DNA of 32,000 nucleotides from Sinorhizobium meliloti. GTDB taxonomy: Bacteria; Pseudomonadota; Alphaproteobacteria; Rhizobiales; Rhizobiaceae. The notes under the pieces were generated by a model, which did not search any database, was not told the DNA's origin, and saw only the letters and a program-made list of their open reading frames with translations. Every line of letters starts with the position of its first letter. The first letter of the stretch is position 1. The stretch is from the NCBI RefSeq assembly GCF_017876815.1, contig NZ_JAGIOS010000001.1, positions 180,001-212,000 of the forward strand, written 5' to 3'. A program made the position numbers and the translations under genes. Positions 17,148-26,719 of this stretch are shown here, piece by piece.

Positions 17148-17645
17148 ATGCGCCGTGCCTTTATCGCATCTCTGCTCCTCGTGACGCTTGCCTCGCCCTC
17201 TGTCGCCGAGGACGACTGGCACCCTTACGCCAATCCCCGCTTCGGCTACACGGTCGACATCCCGCCCGGATTCGAGATGGGCCTTGAGGCCGATAACGGC
17301 GACGGCGTCAGATTTCATGCCGATGACAATGGCGCGACGCTCATGGTGTTCGGCACTCATCCGCCGGATGGCGACTTCGAAACCGACGTCGCCGAAAGGA
17401 TCGGCTACGAGAAGCAGGCCGACTGGCGAATCATCTTTTCGCGCGTCACGCCCGCCTGGGCAAGCTTTTCCGGCGCGCGCGAGAGCGACGTTTTCTATAC
17501 GCGGGCGATTGCGCTCTGCGACGGCAGCGCCGCCTATTTCAGGCTGCAATATCGGAAGAGCAACCTGACCAGTTTCGATGGCGTCATCTCGCGCATGGCC
17601 TCGGCACTCAGGCCGTCGGAAGAATGTCAGCCTGCAGCAGACTGA
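17148..17645 (+). CDS. Secreted hypothetical protein
   Basis: 165 aa from ATG 17148 (GAGAGGA 8 nt upstream). The signal peptide is MRRAFIASLLLVTLASPSVA. I recognise no domain. Confidence 0.65.
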   Translation: MRRAFIASLLLVTLASPSVAEDDWHPYANPRFGYTVDIPPGFEMGLEADNGDGVRFHADDNGATLMVFGTHPPDGDFETDVAERIGYEKQADWRIIFSRVTPAWASFSGARESDVFYTRAIALCDGSAAYFRLQYRKSNLTSFDGVISRMASALRPSEECQPAAD

Positions 17646-17928
17646 AGCTGCAGCTTTGAATCTGGCTAAGGCCTGTTGAGATTCGGGATACCCGCCGCAG
17701 CCTGTTGATTACCTCATCCCTGTGCTCGTCACAGGGATCCAGCCAGACCAAGTCCTTGGGCTGAAAGAACGCTTCCCGCGCCGCAGACGCGGCGCTGCTC
17801 TCATCTCTGTGACAAGCACAGAGATGAGGAAGAGGAGAGATTGCAATCCGGTGATAGGCTTCCTGGGCCAGCCAGAGCCAGGTCATCCGCGCCGACAGCT
17901 CGACCCGACCTAAAAACATCGTGATCTA
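17646..17928. repeat. RIME-like intergenic mosaic element, copy B (inverted module C, core, and an inverted half of the palindrome module)
   Basis: Module C is inverted at 17660-17684 (25/26 match to 4814-4839). Core 17720-17838 is 114/119 identical to 4652-4770. Positions 17897-17928 are the reverse complement of 4583-4617 apart from a 4-nt indel. Confidence 0.75.
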
Positions 17929-18588
17929 AGATACAGCGGCGCTGCTGATGCAGGTCAAGACTGCGGAATAGTGCACAGCCGCTCCCGTGACGACGAAGCC
18001 GTGCCAGATGGCGTTCTGGAAGCGAAGACGCTCCCAGACATGGAAGATGACCCCGACCGAATAGATGACGCCACCGATGACGATCAGGGTGAGCGTCGTC
18101 GCGCTCAAGGCGGTAAAGAGGGATTTCGCGGCGAGCAGCCCGCTCCAGCCCATTGCGAGATAAAGCAGGATCGCCAGCCGATCGAAGCGCCCGGGCAGGA
18201 GGCACTTCATGGCGATGCCGGCGGCTGCGATAAGCCAGATGGCGACCAGCATCGAGAAGAGGAACGGATCATCCCAGCCGCGCTGCAGGAAAGGCGTGTA
18301 GGTTGCAGCGATCAGCACGAAGATCCCGGAGTGGTCCAGCCGACGCAGGAACCACTTTGCCCGGCCGACCGGAAAGAGGTTGTAGACGAATGAAATCGAC
18401 AAGGCGGCGATGAGCCCGCCGCCATAGATCGAAGCCGCGGCCAATTGCCCGGACGTGCTCCAGACGGTGGCGTAAAAGATCAGGGCGGTAACACCGACGA
18501 GCGCCGCCGAAAGGCCGATCCCGTGGACAATTGCGTCGGCGATCATCTCCGATCGGTCGTAGTCCCATTTGACGCCGGCAACCTTCAC
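17926..18588 (-). CDS. Hemolysin III / PAQR family membrane protein
   Basis: 220 aa from GTG 18588, preceded by GGGAGGGG; the ORF-track TTG start at 18639 has no SD. It has 7 predicted TM segments and conserved H/D residues (DAIVHGIG, RRLDHSGIF, HGFVVTGAAVHY). Confidence 0.85.
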   Translation of the reverse strand: MKVAGVKWDYDRSEMIADAIVHGIGLSAALVGVTALIFYATVWSTSGQLAAASIYGGGLIAALSISFVYNLFPVGRAKWFLRRLDHSGIFVLIAATYTPFLQRGWDDPFLFSMLVAIWLIAAAGIAMKCLLPGRFDRLAILLYLAMGWSGLLAAKSLFTALSATTLTLIVIGGVIYSVGVIFHVWERLRFQNAIWHGFVVTGAAVHYSAVLTCISSAAVS

Positions 18589-18858
18589 GCGGCCCCTCCC
18601 GCTCCGCTCCCGATATCCGTCTGCAGCCTGCAGCAGCAACGAAATACCTCATGACCGATTACAGCGGATTCGAACAGTTCGAAACGCCGCACAGGATCAC
18701 CATGGTTTCGGTTCATCCTGCCACAGAGCAGCGACACGGCAAAGCACCAGGATCGGGCGAAAGGATCAACTTTTGCAACGCATTACAACAAATACCGCAC
18801 CTTGCGCGGGAGCGTGCAGCAAACGGCTTTCGCTGAAGCAGATGGGAGCTTTGGGTGG

Positions 18859-19203
18859 TTATCTCCCCCCGGTCGCGATCTCGGCGGCGCAGGTCTGACA
18901 GAGCGGCGCATGCGGCACGGCGCGCAACCTTTCCGGGGATATGGCGTCGCCGCAACGGACGCAAATGCCGAAGGTTCCTGCTTCGATGCGGTTGAGCGCA
19001 GCGTCGATCGCGCGAATTTCGCCCTGGCCCGCCAATCCGAGTCCTTCCAGGACCTCGTCGCTCTCCCGTTCCGTTACGCGATCCGGCACATCGGCATTCA
19101 TCGGCTGCTCGAGGTCTTCCTCTATCTGCACCAGCCGGCCATGAAGTTCGCGTTTGCGGCGCAAAAGCTGTTCGCGAAAGTCGTCAAGCGCATACTTATC
19201 CAT
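18859..19203 (-). CDS. DksA/TraR family C4-type zinc-finger protein (short, 114 aa)
   Basis: ATG 19203 is preceded by AAGGAG. The zinc finger is CVRCGDAISPERLRAVPHAPLCQTC. A coiled-coil segment carries DVPDRV, which resembles the DksA tip motif DxxDxA. Confidence 0.85.
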   Translation of the reverse strand: MDKYALDDFREQLLRRKRELHGRLVQIEEDLEQPMNADVPDRVTERESDEVLEGLGLAGQGEIRAIDAALNRIEAGTFGICVRCGDAISPERLRAVPHAPLCQTCAAEIATGGR

Positions 19204-19263
19204 TGCGTGACTCCTTCGGATCGCGGCGCAGGCGGCCTGCACCGCTCCCTTCTATTCCCAGTA

Positions 19264-19686
19264 TTACCGGTCGACGAGAACCGCGCAGGGGCAATGGCTG
19301 ACGACACGGCTGGCGGTCGACCCGATGAAATAATCGATCAGCCCCGGGCGGTGGGACGCGATGATCACCAGGTCGGCATTCTCTTCCTCGGCGAGGGCGT
19401 TGATGCTGCCGGCAGCTCCGCCGGTGCGGATTTCGACGCGCCCGTTGATGCCATGCTTGGTCTTCAGCGCTTCCAGGGTCTTGACCGCGTGCTTGCGCGA
19501 TTCCTCGATCATCTCCAGCGGAAAATCGACGATCATGTAACCTTGTGCATAGGCGTTGAGATCCTCGACGACGTTGAGCAGAATAATCTCTCCCCCCTCA
19601 TCGATCAGTTTCTCGGCGATGCCAAGGACGGACTCGCCGTGCTCCAGCTGATCCATGGCGATCGGCACGATGATCTTCTTGTACAT
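19264..19686 (-). CDS. Universal stress protein (UspA family)
   Basis: 140 aa beginning MYKKIIVPIAMD, with the ATP-binding-type C-terminal motif DLVIIASHRPGLIDYFIGSTASRVVSHCPCAVLV. It lies 60 nt upstream of the DksA-like gene on the same strand. Confidence 0.9.
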   Translation of the reverse strand: MYKKIIVPIAMDQLEHGESVLGIAEKLIDEGGEIILLNVVEDLNAYAQGYMIVDFPLEMIEESRKHAVKTLEALKTKHGINGRVEIRTGGAAGSINALAEEENADLVIIASHRPGLIDYFIGSTASRVVSHCPCAVLVDR

Positions 19687-19849
19687 GCTGCTGCGTCCTT
19701 TTCCTATGTTACCACGTCGCGCGCCGAATGCGACGCTGATCCCTCAGCTTGGCCGGTCATCCGGCCCCACCTCCCGTCACAGACGGAAACCACATCACGC
19801 ACCCCGTCCTGCGCCGGACCGACATCGAACGGTGGCGGCTGTACGGGCC

Positions 19850-19863
19850 TTGACTTGGATCAA
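19850..19863. promoter_or_regulatory. FixK/FNR-type box candidate, TTGA-N6-TCAA
   Basis: TTGACTTGGATCAA matches 9 of 10 positions of TTGAT-N4-ATCAA. It lies in the divergent intergenic region between the usp operon (start 19686) and the VOC gene (start 20046). Confidence 0.5.
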
Positions 19864-20045
19864 AGTGACCGCCCCTCTGCTCCCACCGTTAAAGGTAGCG
19901 CGGCCGTGACGACTGTCAACGTTCATCGAACACAACATCAAGTAATATAAGAGCTTTCGCGAACCTGTTCACGTGCTCATATTGAATTGGGCAGCAGATC
20001 ACAGTCTCGGGCGTCGCCCTCCCGCTGTCCGAAAAGGCGAATAGG

Positions 20046-20936
20046 ATGAAGGACACCTCACAACCGAAGCCGCAGGCCAGCGTTCCCGCCGATCACGCGA
20101 CGGCGATGCCCGCTTATGTCGATCGGTCGCATCTTGTCGTCAGCGACCTGGAGACGGTCTCGTCCTGGTACCAGCGGATAATCGGTCTGTCGCCGATCGA
20201 GGCGAACATAAGCGGCGTGACGCTCGGCGTCGCCGGAAGACCGCTCCTGACGTTGACGAGCGACGGCAATGCCGTAAGGGCTCCGCGAAACGCACCCGGT
20301 CTCTTCCATCACGCATTTCTGGTTCCGGACCGCACCGAGCTCGGACGCTGGCTCGTGCATGCCGCCGAGAGCGGGGTGCAGTTGCAGGGAGCCTCCGATC
20401 ACCTCGTCAGCGAAGCGATCTACCTCGCCGATCCGGAGGGTAACGGAATCGAGATCTACCGCGATCGACCGCGCGAGGAATGGAACTACGGAGCGGACGG
20501 CATGGTGGCAATGAACACGCTGCCGCTCGATTTGCAGGCACTCTACGAGGAGGTGCCGAAAAACGGCTGGGACGGCCTGCCGGCCGGCACCACGATCGGT
20601 CACATTCACCTTCAGGTCTCGGATATCCCGCAGGCGGACGCTTTTTTCCGCGATGCCCTGGGGCTCGACCTCATGGCGCGTTATCCTGGAGCCAGCTTCT
20701 TCGCGACGGGCAAGTACCATCACCACGTGGCGGCCAATATCTGGAATTCGCGCGGGGCGCCGAAACGTCAGGGCAACATGACCGGTCTCGCCGACTATAC
20801 GATCCGCTTCCGGGAGCCGGCGGCCCTCGCCGCCGCGATCCGGAAGCTCGACGCGCTAGAAATAGCCGTGGACAGGCAGGGCGACGCGCATAGCCTCACC
20901 GACCCGTGGGGCATCGGCCTCAAACTCGCCGCCTAG
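20046..20936 (+). CDS. VOC (glyoxalase/bleomycin-resistance/extradiol dioxygenase) family protein with two domains
   Basis: 296 aa with two beta-alpha-beta-beta-beta modules and metal-ligand His/Glu context (LFHHAFLV, ISEAIYLADPEGNGIEIY, IGHIHLQV, HHHVAANIW), similar to CatE-type proteins. Confidence 0.85.
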   Translation: MKDTSQPKPQASVPADHATAMPAYVDRSHLVVSDLETVSSWYQRIIGLSPIEANISGVTLGVAGRPLLTLTSDGNAVRAPRNAPGLFHHAFLVPDRTELGRWLVHAAESGVQLQGASDHLVSEAIYLADPEGNGIEIYRDRPREEWNYGADGMVAMNTLPLDLQALYEEVPKNGWDGLPAGTTIGHIHLQVSDIPQADAFFRDALGLDLMARYPGASFFATGKYHHHVAANIWNSRGAPKRQGNMTGLADYTIRFREPAALAAAIRKLDALEIAVDRQGDAHSLTDPWGIGLKLAA

Positions 20937-21092
20937 ACGGCTCGGCAGCCCTTTCCGCTTGATCGCCGCGCTGGTGCCCTCTATCTCATTGTCTCCCCCA
21001 TACGGCGCCGCACGTCTCGTCAGACGCGAGGTTGCTGTAGCGCTTTAATCTGCTGCGTGTTCTCCCCTTGAATCGGTAGGATTCCAGAAGAC

Positions 21093-23231
21093 ATGCAGCA
21101 GGACCGATCCCGGAGACATACCTTGTCCGTATTCAAGAACCTGCCCGCCGCGCCCGTCGCCCCGAAAAAGCCGGTAACGGATACCCGCCACGGCATGACC
21201 CGCACCGACGATTACGCCTGGTTGAGGGCCGAAAACTGGCAGGCCATGTTCAAGGATCCGTCGATCCTGGATCCCGAGATCCGCCGCCATCTGGAGGCGG
21301 AGAATACCTATATGAACGCCGCGATGGCGGACACGAAGGACCTGCAGAAGACGCTGTTTGCCGAAATGCGCGGCCGGATCAAGGAAGACGATTCATCGGT
21401 TCCGATGAAGGATGGCCCTTTTGCCTATGGGACGTCTTACGTCACCGGCGGCGAGCATCCGCGCTATTTCCGTATCCCCCGCGAGGGTGCAGCGGGCGAC
21501 GAGACGATCCGCCGGGTGCTGCTCGACGGCGACAGGGAGGCTGAAGGAAAAACCTATTTCCGTATCGCCGGACTTGACCATTCGAGCGATCATTCACGCG
21601 GAATCTGGGGGTACGACGACAAGGGCTCGGAATATTTCACGCTGAAGGTGCGCGACCTTTCGACCGGCGAGGACCTCGAGGACCTGCTCGAAAATACGGG
21701 TGGCGGCGGCGCCTGGGCGCCGGACGGCAAGAGCTTCTTCTATACCGTGCTCGACGAGAACCACCGGCCATCGAAGATCTTCCACCACGTCATCGGCACG
21801 CCGCAGTCGGAAGACCGGCTGGTTTATGAGGAGCCCGATGCCGGCTTCTTCATGTCCGTCGGCGGTTCGCTCCTCGATGATTTCATCTATATCGACATAC
21901 ATGACCACGAGACGAGCGAATACCGGCTCATCCCGACCAGGGACCTTGCCGCGGAGCCAAGGATCGTGGCGGTGCGCGTAACCGGCCTTGAATATTCCAT
22001 GACCGAGGGCGGCGACGTCTTCTACATTCTCACCAATGCCGACGGCGCCAAGGATTTCAAGATCATGGAAGCGCCGGTGGAAGCGCCGCAGAAGGAAAAC
22101 TGGCGCGAGGTCGTGCCGCACAAGCCGGGAACCCTGATCCTCAGCCATATGGCCTATGCCCGCCATCTGGTCTGGCTGCAGCGCCGCAACGGCCTGCCGG
22201 AAATCGTCATCCGCGACCGCCGAACCGGCGAGGAACACGCCATCGCATTCGCCGAGGAGGCCTATTCTCTGGGGCTTGCCGGTGCGGCCGAATACGGCAC
22301 CGACATCATCCGTTTCTCCTATTCGTCGATGACGACGCCTTCGCAGCTTTTCGACTACGACATGCAGACGCGCAAGCGCACGCTGCTCAAGACGCAGGAA
22401 GTCCCCTCCGGCCACGATCCGGACGACTATGTGACCCGCCGGGTCTTCGCTCCGGCGCACGATGGCGAGCAGGTGCCGGTCACCCTGCTCTATCGCAAGG
22501 ACACACCGCTCGACGGATCCGCCCCGTGCCTGCTCTACGGCTACGGTGCCTATGGCATCACCATTCCCGCCAGCTTCAACACCAATTGCCTGTCGCTCGT
22601 CGACCGCGGCTTCGTCTACGCGATCGCCCATATCCGCGGCGGCAAGGACAAGGGGTTCCACTGGTACGAAGACGGCAAGATGGCGAAGAAGACCAATACG
22701 TTCAAAGACTTCATCGCAGCCGCCGACTATTTGAATCAGGAAAAGTTCACTTCCTACGCGAACATCGTCGCCGAGGGCGGCTCGGCCGGAGGCATGCTGA
22801 TGGGCGCCATCGCCAATATGGCGCCTGAGAAGTTCCGCGGCATCATCGCCGCGGTGCCCTTCGTCGACGTGCTCAGCACGATGCTGGACGACACGCTGCC
22901 GCTGACACCCCCGGAATGGCCTGAATGGGGCAATCCGATCGACAGCCCGGAGTTCTACGACATCATCGCGAGCTACTCGCCCTACGACAATGTCGGTGCC
23001 AGGCCGTATCCCGCCATTCTGGCGCTCGGAGGCCTGACCGATCCGCGCGTCACCTATTGGGAACCGGCGAAATGGGTGGCAAAGCTGCGCGAGGAGACGA
23101 CCGGCAGCGAACCCATCCTGCTCAAGACCAACATGGACGCGGGCCACGGCGGCGCTTCCGGCCGCTTTCAGCGGCTGGAGGAGATCGCCTTCGAATATGC
23201 CTTCGCCATCAAGGTCGCAGGCAGGATGTAA
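21093..23231 (+). CDS. ptrB: S9 family serine peptidase, oligopeptidase B-like
   Basis: 712 aa with a beta-propeller N-domain and catalytic residues in GGSAGGMLMG (Ser) and DAGHGG (His). An alternative start is TTG 21123, which has GGAGA 7 nt upstream. Confidence 0.9.
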   Translation: MQQDRSRRHTLSVFKNLPAAPVAPKKPVTDTRHGMTRTDDYAWLRAENWQAMFKDPSILDPEIRRHLEAENTYMNAAMADTKDLQKTLFAEMRGRIKEDDSSVPMKDGPFAYGTSYVTGGEHPRYFRIPREGAAGDETIRRVLLDGDREAEGKTYFRIAGLDHSSDHSRGIWGYDDKGSEYFTLKVRDLSTGEDLEDLLENTGGGGAWAPDGKSFFYTVLDENHRPSKIFHHVIGTPQSEDRLVYEEPDAGFFMSVGGSLLDDFIYIDIHDHETSEYRLIPTRDLAAEPRIVAVRVTGLEYSMTEGGDVFYILTNADGAKDFKIMEAPVEAPQKENWREVVPHKPGTLILSHMAYARHLVWLQRRNGLPEIVIRDRRTGEEHAIAFAEEAYSLGLAGAAEYGTDIIRFSYSSMTTPSQLFDYDMQTRKRTLLKTQEVPSGHDPDDYVTRRVFAPAHDGEQVPVTLLYRKDTPLDGSAPCLLYGYGAYGITIPASFNTNCLSLVDRGFVYAIAHIRGGKDKGFHWYEDGKMAKKTNTFKDFIAAADYLNQEKFTSYANIVAEGGSAGGMLMGAIANMAPEKFRGIIAAVPFVDVLSTMLDDTLPLTPPEWPEWGNPIDSPEFYDIIASYSPYDNVGARPYPAILALGGLTDPRVTYWEPAKWVAKLREETTGSEPILLKTNMDAGHGGASGRFQRLEEIAFEYAFAIKVAGRM

Positions 23232-23243
23232 GGGGCGGAGCCG

Positions 23244-23771
23244 GTGCCGGTCTATGTAGCACTGCTCAGGGCCGTCAATGTGGGCGGCACCGGCAAGCTG
23301 GCGATGGCGGACCTCAAGGCCGTCTGCGACGAGCTCGGCTTCGCGGGCGCCAAGACCTTTATCCAGAGCGGCAACGTCGTCTTTCGCTCTGACCTGCCTG
23401 AGCCCGCAGTGCAGGCGAAACTCGAACAGGCGCTGGCGGCGAAAATGGGCAAGGCACCGGGAGTCTTGCTCCGCAGCCGCCGCCAACTGGACGACATCGC
23501 GGCCAAGGCGGAGCGGTTTCTCGATGCCAAGCCGAACTTGCTGCTGATCACCTTCCTGCCGGAGCCGCCTCCCGCCGACGCGCTCGACAAGCTGGTGGCA
23601 CCTGATGGAGAAGAGGTGCGGATCGACGGGCGCGAAATCTATGTCCACTATCCGAATGGATCCGGTCGATCGAAGCTGAAGCTTCCGGCGCTCAGACCCG
23701 GCACGGCGCGCAATCTCAACACGATACGCAAGCTGGCGGAAATGGCAGCCGCGATGGAAGACGGTTCCTGA
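23244..23771 (+). CDS. DUF1697 domain-containing protein
   Basis: 175 aa with a GTG start. The N-terminus VYVALLRAVNVGGTGKLAMADLKAVCDELGF is characteristic of DUF1697. It begins 12 nt after the ptrB stop. Confidence 0.85.
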   Translation: MPVYVALLRAVNVGGTGKLAMADLKAVCDELGFAGAKTFIQSGNVVFRSDLPEPAVQAKLEQALAAKMGKAPGVLLRSRRQLDDIAAKAERFLDAKPNLLLITFLPEPPPADALDKLVAPDGEEVRIDGREIYVHYPNGSGRSKLKLPALRPGTARNLNTIRKLAEMAAAMEDGS

Positions 23772-24008
23772 CGTTACAGCGAGACGCCACATCGCTGCGA
23801 TCTGTGAGGCCTGCCTGCCACGAGCGGCACTCAGTGCCTGATCGCGAGGGTCCCTTCGCACGAATGAGCGAGGGCCCCTGTTTAGGCATCGGGGCCGAAA
23901 CCTCGCGAAAAGGGCTGGGCTCGTGTAGACTTGCTGCGAAAGGGCGGCCGACTTCCGGCGTGCCGCTGTATCGTGATGAGTTCCGTTCCAACGCAGCCAA
24001 TTTCAAAG

Positions 24009-25481
24009 ATGACCGCATTCCGCTTCGACAACAGCTACGCCCGGCTGCCGGCCAATTTCTATGCCCGTGTGCAGCCGACACCGGTCGCGGAACCGTGGCT
24101 GATCAAGCTCAACCGCCCGCTTGCCGGAGAGCTTGGGCTCGACGCCGAAGCGCTCGAACGAGACGGCGCGGCGATCTTTTCGGGCAATCTCGTCCCCGAA
24201 GGGGCCGAACCGCTCGCCATGGCCTATGCCGGCCACCAGTTCGGCACCTTCGTGCCGCAGCTCGGCGACGGACGGGCCATCCTGCTCGGAGAGGTGACCG
24301 ACGCCGGCGGGCGACGACGCGACATCCAGCTCAAGGGAGCCGGCCAGACGCCCTACTCCCGCCGCGGCGACGGTCGGGCGGCGCTTGGGCCCGTCCTGCG
24401 CGAATATATCGTCAGCGAGGCGATGCATGCGCTCGGCGTGCCGACGACCCGTGCGCTGGCTGCCACGGCCACGGGACAGCCCGTCTACCGCGAACAGATC
24501 CTGCCAGGTGCCGTATTCACCCGGGTCGCGGCAAGCCACATTCGTGTCGGCACGTTCCAGTTCTTCGCGGCACGCGGCGACATGGAGTCGATAAGGACGC
24601 TCGCGGATTATGTGATCGGCCGACATTATCCGGAGCTGAAGACGGATGAGAAACCCTATCTCGCGCTCCTCAAGGCAGTCGCGGCGCGCCAGGCTGCACT
24701 GATCGCGCGCTGGCTGCATGTCGGCTTCATCCATGGGGTGATGAATACCGACAATATGACGATTTCAGGCGAAACCATCGATTTCGGCCCCTGTGCCTTC
24801 ATGGACGATTACGATCCGAAAACCGTGTTCAGCTCGATCGATCAGTTCGGCCGCTACGCTTATGCCAACCAGCCGGCTATCGGTCAGTGGAATCTCGCCC
24901 GCCTGGCCGAGACGCTGGTGACGCTGTTCGATCCCGTAGCCGACACGGCCGTGAACCTCGCCAACGACGCTCTTGGCGAATACGGAACGATCTTCCAGAA
25001 GCACTGGCTCGACGGCATGCGGCGCAAGATCGGCCTGCTCACGGATGAAGACGAGGATCTCGATCTCGTGCAGTCGCTGCTGACGCTCATGCAGAACGGA
25101 AAAGCGGATTTCACCCTCACCTTCCGCCGGCTGGCGGCTTCAGCGGAAAACGCAACCGCGGATACGGAGCTTGCAAGCCTCTTCGAAGAACCGCAGGCGC
25201 TCTCACCCTGGCTCGAGCATTGGCGCCGACGGCTCGAACGCGAGCCGCAGCCGGCAACCGAACGCGCTGCCGCGATGCGCTCCGTCAATCCCGCCTTCAT
25301 TCCGCGCAACCACCGGGTGGAACAGGCGATCGCTGCGGCAACCGAAGACGCGGATTTCTCGCTCTTCGAGGCGCTCCTCGACGTTACCTCCAGACCCTAC
25401 GAGGACCAGCCCGGCCACGCAGCCTATGCCGCGCCTCCCGAACCGGGCGAGGAAGTGCTGCAGACCTTTTGCGGCACGTGA
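24009..25481 (+). CDS. selO: Protein adenylyltransferase SelO (YdiU family pseudokinase-fold AMPylase)
   Basis: 490 aa from ATG 24009 ([21 protein letters not shown]...). Conserved regions include [62 protein letters not shown] and [12 protein letters not shown]. No clear SD is present; an alternative ATG lies at 23976. Confidence 0.9.
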   Translation: MTAFRFDNSYARLPANFYARVQPTPVAEPWLIKLNRPLAGELGLDAEALERDGAAIFSGNLVPEGAEPLAMAYAGHQFGTFVPQLGDGRAILLGEVTDAGGRRRDIQLKGAGQTPYSRRGDGRAALGPVLREYIVSEAMHALGVPTTRALAATATGQPVYREQILPGAVFTRVAASHIRVGTFQFFAARGDMESIRTLADYVIGRHYPELKTDEKPYLALLKAVAARQAALIARWLHVGFIHGVMNTDNMTISGETIDFGPCAFMDDYDPKTVFSSIDQFGRYAYANQPAIGQWNLARLAETLVTLFDPVADTAVNLANDALGEYGTIFQKHWLDGMRRKIGLLTDEDEDLDLVQSLLTLMQNGKADFTLTFRRLAASAENATADTELASLFEEPQALSPWLEHWRRRLEREPQPATERAAAMRSVNPAFIPRNHRVEQAIAAATEDADFSLFEALLDVTSRPYEDQPGHAAYAAPPEPGEEVLQTFCGT

Positions 25482-25553
25482 ATATTTGTTTTCCAAAGCG
25501 TTGCGAATGACCTGCCCCTCATCCGCCTGCCGGCACCTTCTCCCCGCAAGCGG

Positions 25554-26719
25554 CAGGGGAATCGCATTTAGCAAATAAGCGGTTGTTTTGTTGCGGCAAA
25601 TCGATTCTTGGAGTTCTCCGCTGACTTGGAGGTCTCGATGAGTAGATTTGCCGCTTGCTTTGAAGATTTGCCCGATCCGCGCGGTCGCAATGCGCGCCAT
25701 CCGTTGACGTCGATCCTGTTCATTGCCGTTGCGGCGATTGTCTGCGGTGCGGAAAGCTGTACCGATATGGCCGATTTCGGCGTTGCCAAGAAGAAATGGC
25801 TGAAGACAATCGTGCCGCTGCCCTATGGCATTCCCAGCCATGACACCTTCTCCACCGTCTTCCGCCATCTCGATCCGGATGCCTTTGACGCGGCCTTTCG
25901 CCGTCTCACGGCGAGCTTTGCGCAGGGTCTCGAAGGGGTGGTAGCGATCGATGGCAAGGCGGTGCGCGGTGCCTACCGGCGCGCCGCCAAGGCCACGCCA
26001 CTCCACTTCGTCAATGTCTGGGCTGCCGGTCCCGGTCTGGTCATCGGCCAAAAGCTCGCGCCGGGCCGCAATGAGGTGCAAGGGGCTCTCGATGCGCTCG
26101 CGCTGCTGGCACTGGAGGGCTCTATCGTCACCGCCGATGCCCTGCATTGCCGGCCCGACACCGCCCGCGCCATCCTCGCTGCCGGCGGCGATTATGCTCT
26201 GGCACTGAAGGCCAACCAGCCCGGCCTCTTGGCCCAGGCGCTCGCCCGCATCGAGGACGCCGACCACGTCGAGAGCATCCAGATTGCAGCCGAGACTGCC
26301 CATGACCGCACCGAGACACGCCGCGCCAGCGTTGTGGCTGTCGACGATATCAACTTTCCGGGCCTGCAGGCCATCGGCTGCGTCGAGACCACAAGCCGTC
26401 ATACCAACGGCCATTTGACCAGCCATGTCCGCTACTTCCTGCTCTCCACCACCATGTCGCCGAGCGCGCTGATCGAGGTTGTAAGAACCCATTGGCAAAT
26501 CGAAAACAAACTGCATTGGGTTCTGGATGTCCACTTCCGCGAGGACGCCGCCAGAAACCGCAAGGACAACGGCCCTCAGAACATTGCCTTCTTGCGCAAG
26601 ATCGCTCTCAACCTCTTGCGATCTCACCCCGACAAGGCCTCCATCCGCCGGAAAATCAAAAAGGCGGGCTGGGATGACCAATTCCTCACTTCTCTTATCG
26701 CTCATATGCGATAGCCCTG
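25554..26719 (+). mobile_element. ISAs1-family insertion sequence (about 1.17 kb, single transposase ORF)
   Basis: The ends CAGGGGAATCGCATTTAGCAAATAAG (25554-25579) and CTTATCGCTCATATGCGATAGCCCTG (26694-26719) form imperfect inverted repeats (18/26 ungapped). They begin with CAGGG, as I recall for ISAs1-family ends. The transposase stop lies inside the right inverted repeat. No clear target duplication is visible. Confidence 0.75.
25638..26714 (+). CDS. ISAs1 family transposase (H-repeat-associated protein type, DDE)
   Basis: 358 aa from ATG 25638 (GGAGG 6 nt upstream). The N-terminus is MSRFAACFEDLPDPRGRNARHPLTSILFIAVAAIVCGAESCTDMADFG. It also carries VVAIDGKAVRG, IVTADALHC and HWQIENKLHWVLDVHFREDAARNRKDNGPQN, the typical ISAs1 signature. 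Confidence 0.9.
   Translation: MSRFAACFEDLPDPRGRNARHPLTSILFIAVAAIVCGAESCTDMADFGVAKKKWLKTIVPLPYGIPSHDTFSTVFRHLDPDAFDAAFRRLTASFAQGLEGVVAIDGKAVRGAYRRAAKATPLHFVNVWAAGPGLVIGQKLAPGRNEVQGALDALALLALEGSIVTADALHCRPDTARAILAAGGDYALALKANQPGLLAQALARIEDADHVESIQIAAETAHDRTETRRASVVAVDDINFPGLQAIGCVETTSRHTNGHLTSHVRYFLLSTTMSPSALIEVVRTHWQIENKLHWVLDVHFREDAARNRKDNGPQNIAFLRKIALNLLRSHPDKASIRRKIKKAGWDDQFLTSLIAHMR

Noticed and set aside
21594-23861. 755-aa ORF on the minus strand spanning oligopeptidase B and DUF1697
   Set aside because: It is entirely antisense to two well-supported genes. It is Arg/Ala/Gly-rich with no recognisable motif. Long antisense ORFs are expected in GC-rich DNA because stop codons are rare in the complementary frame.
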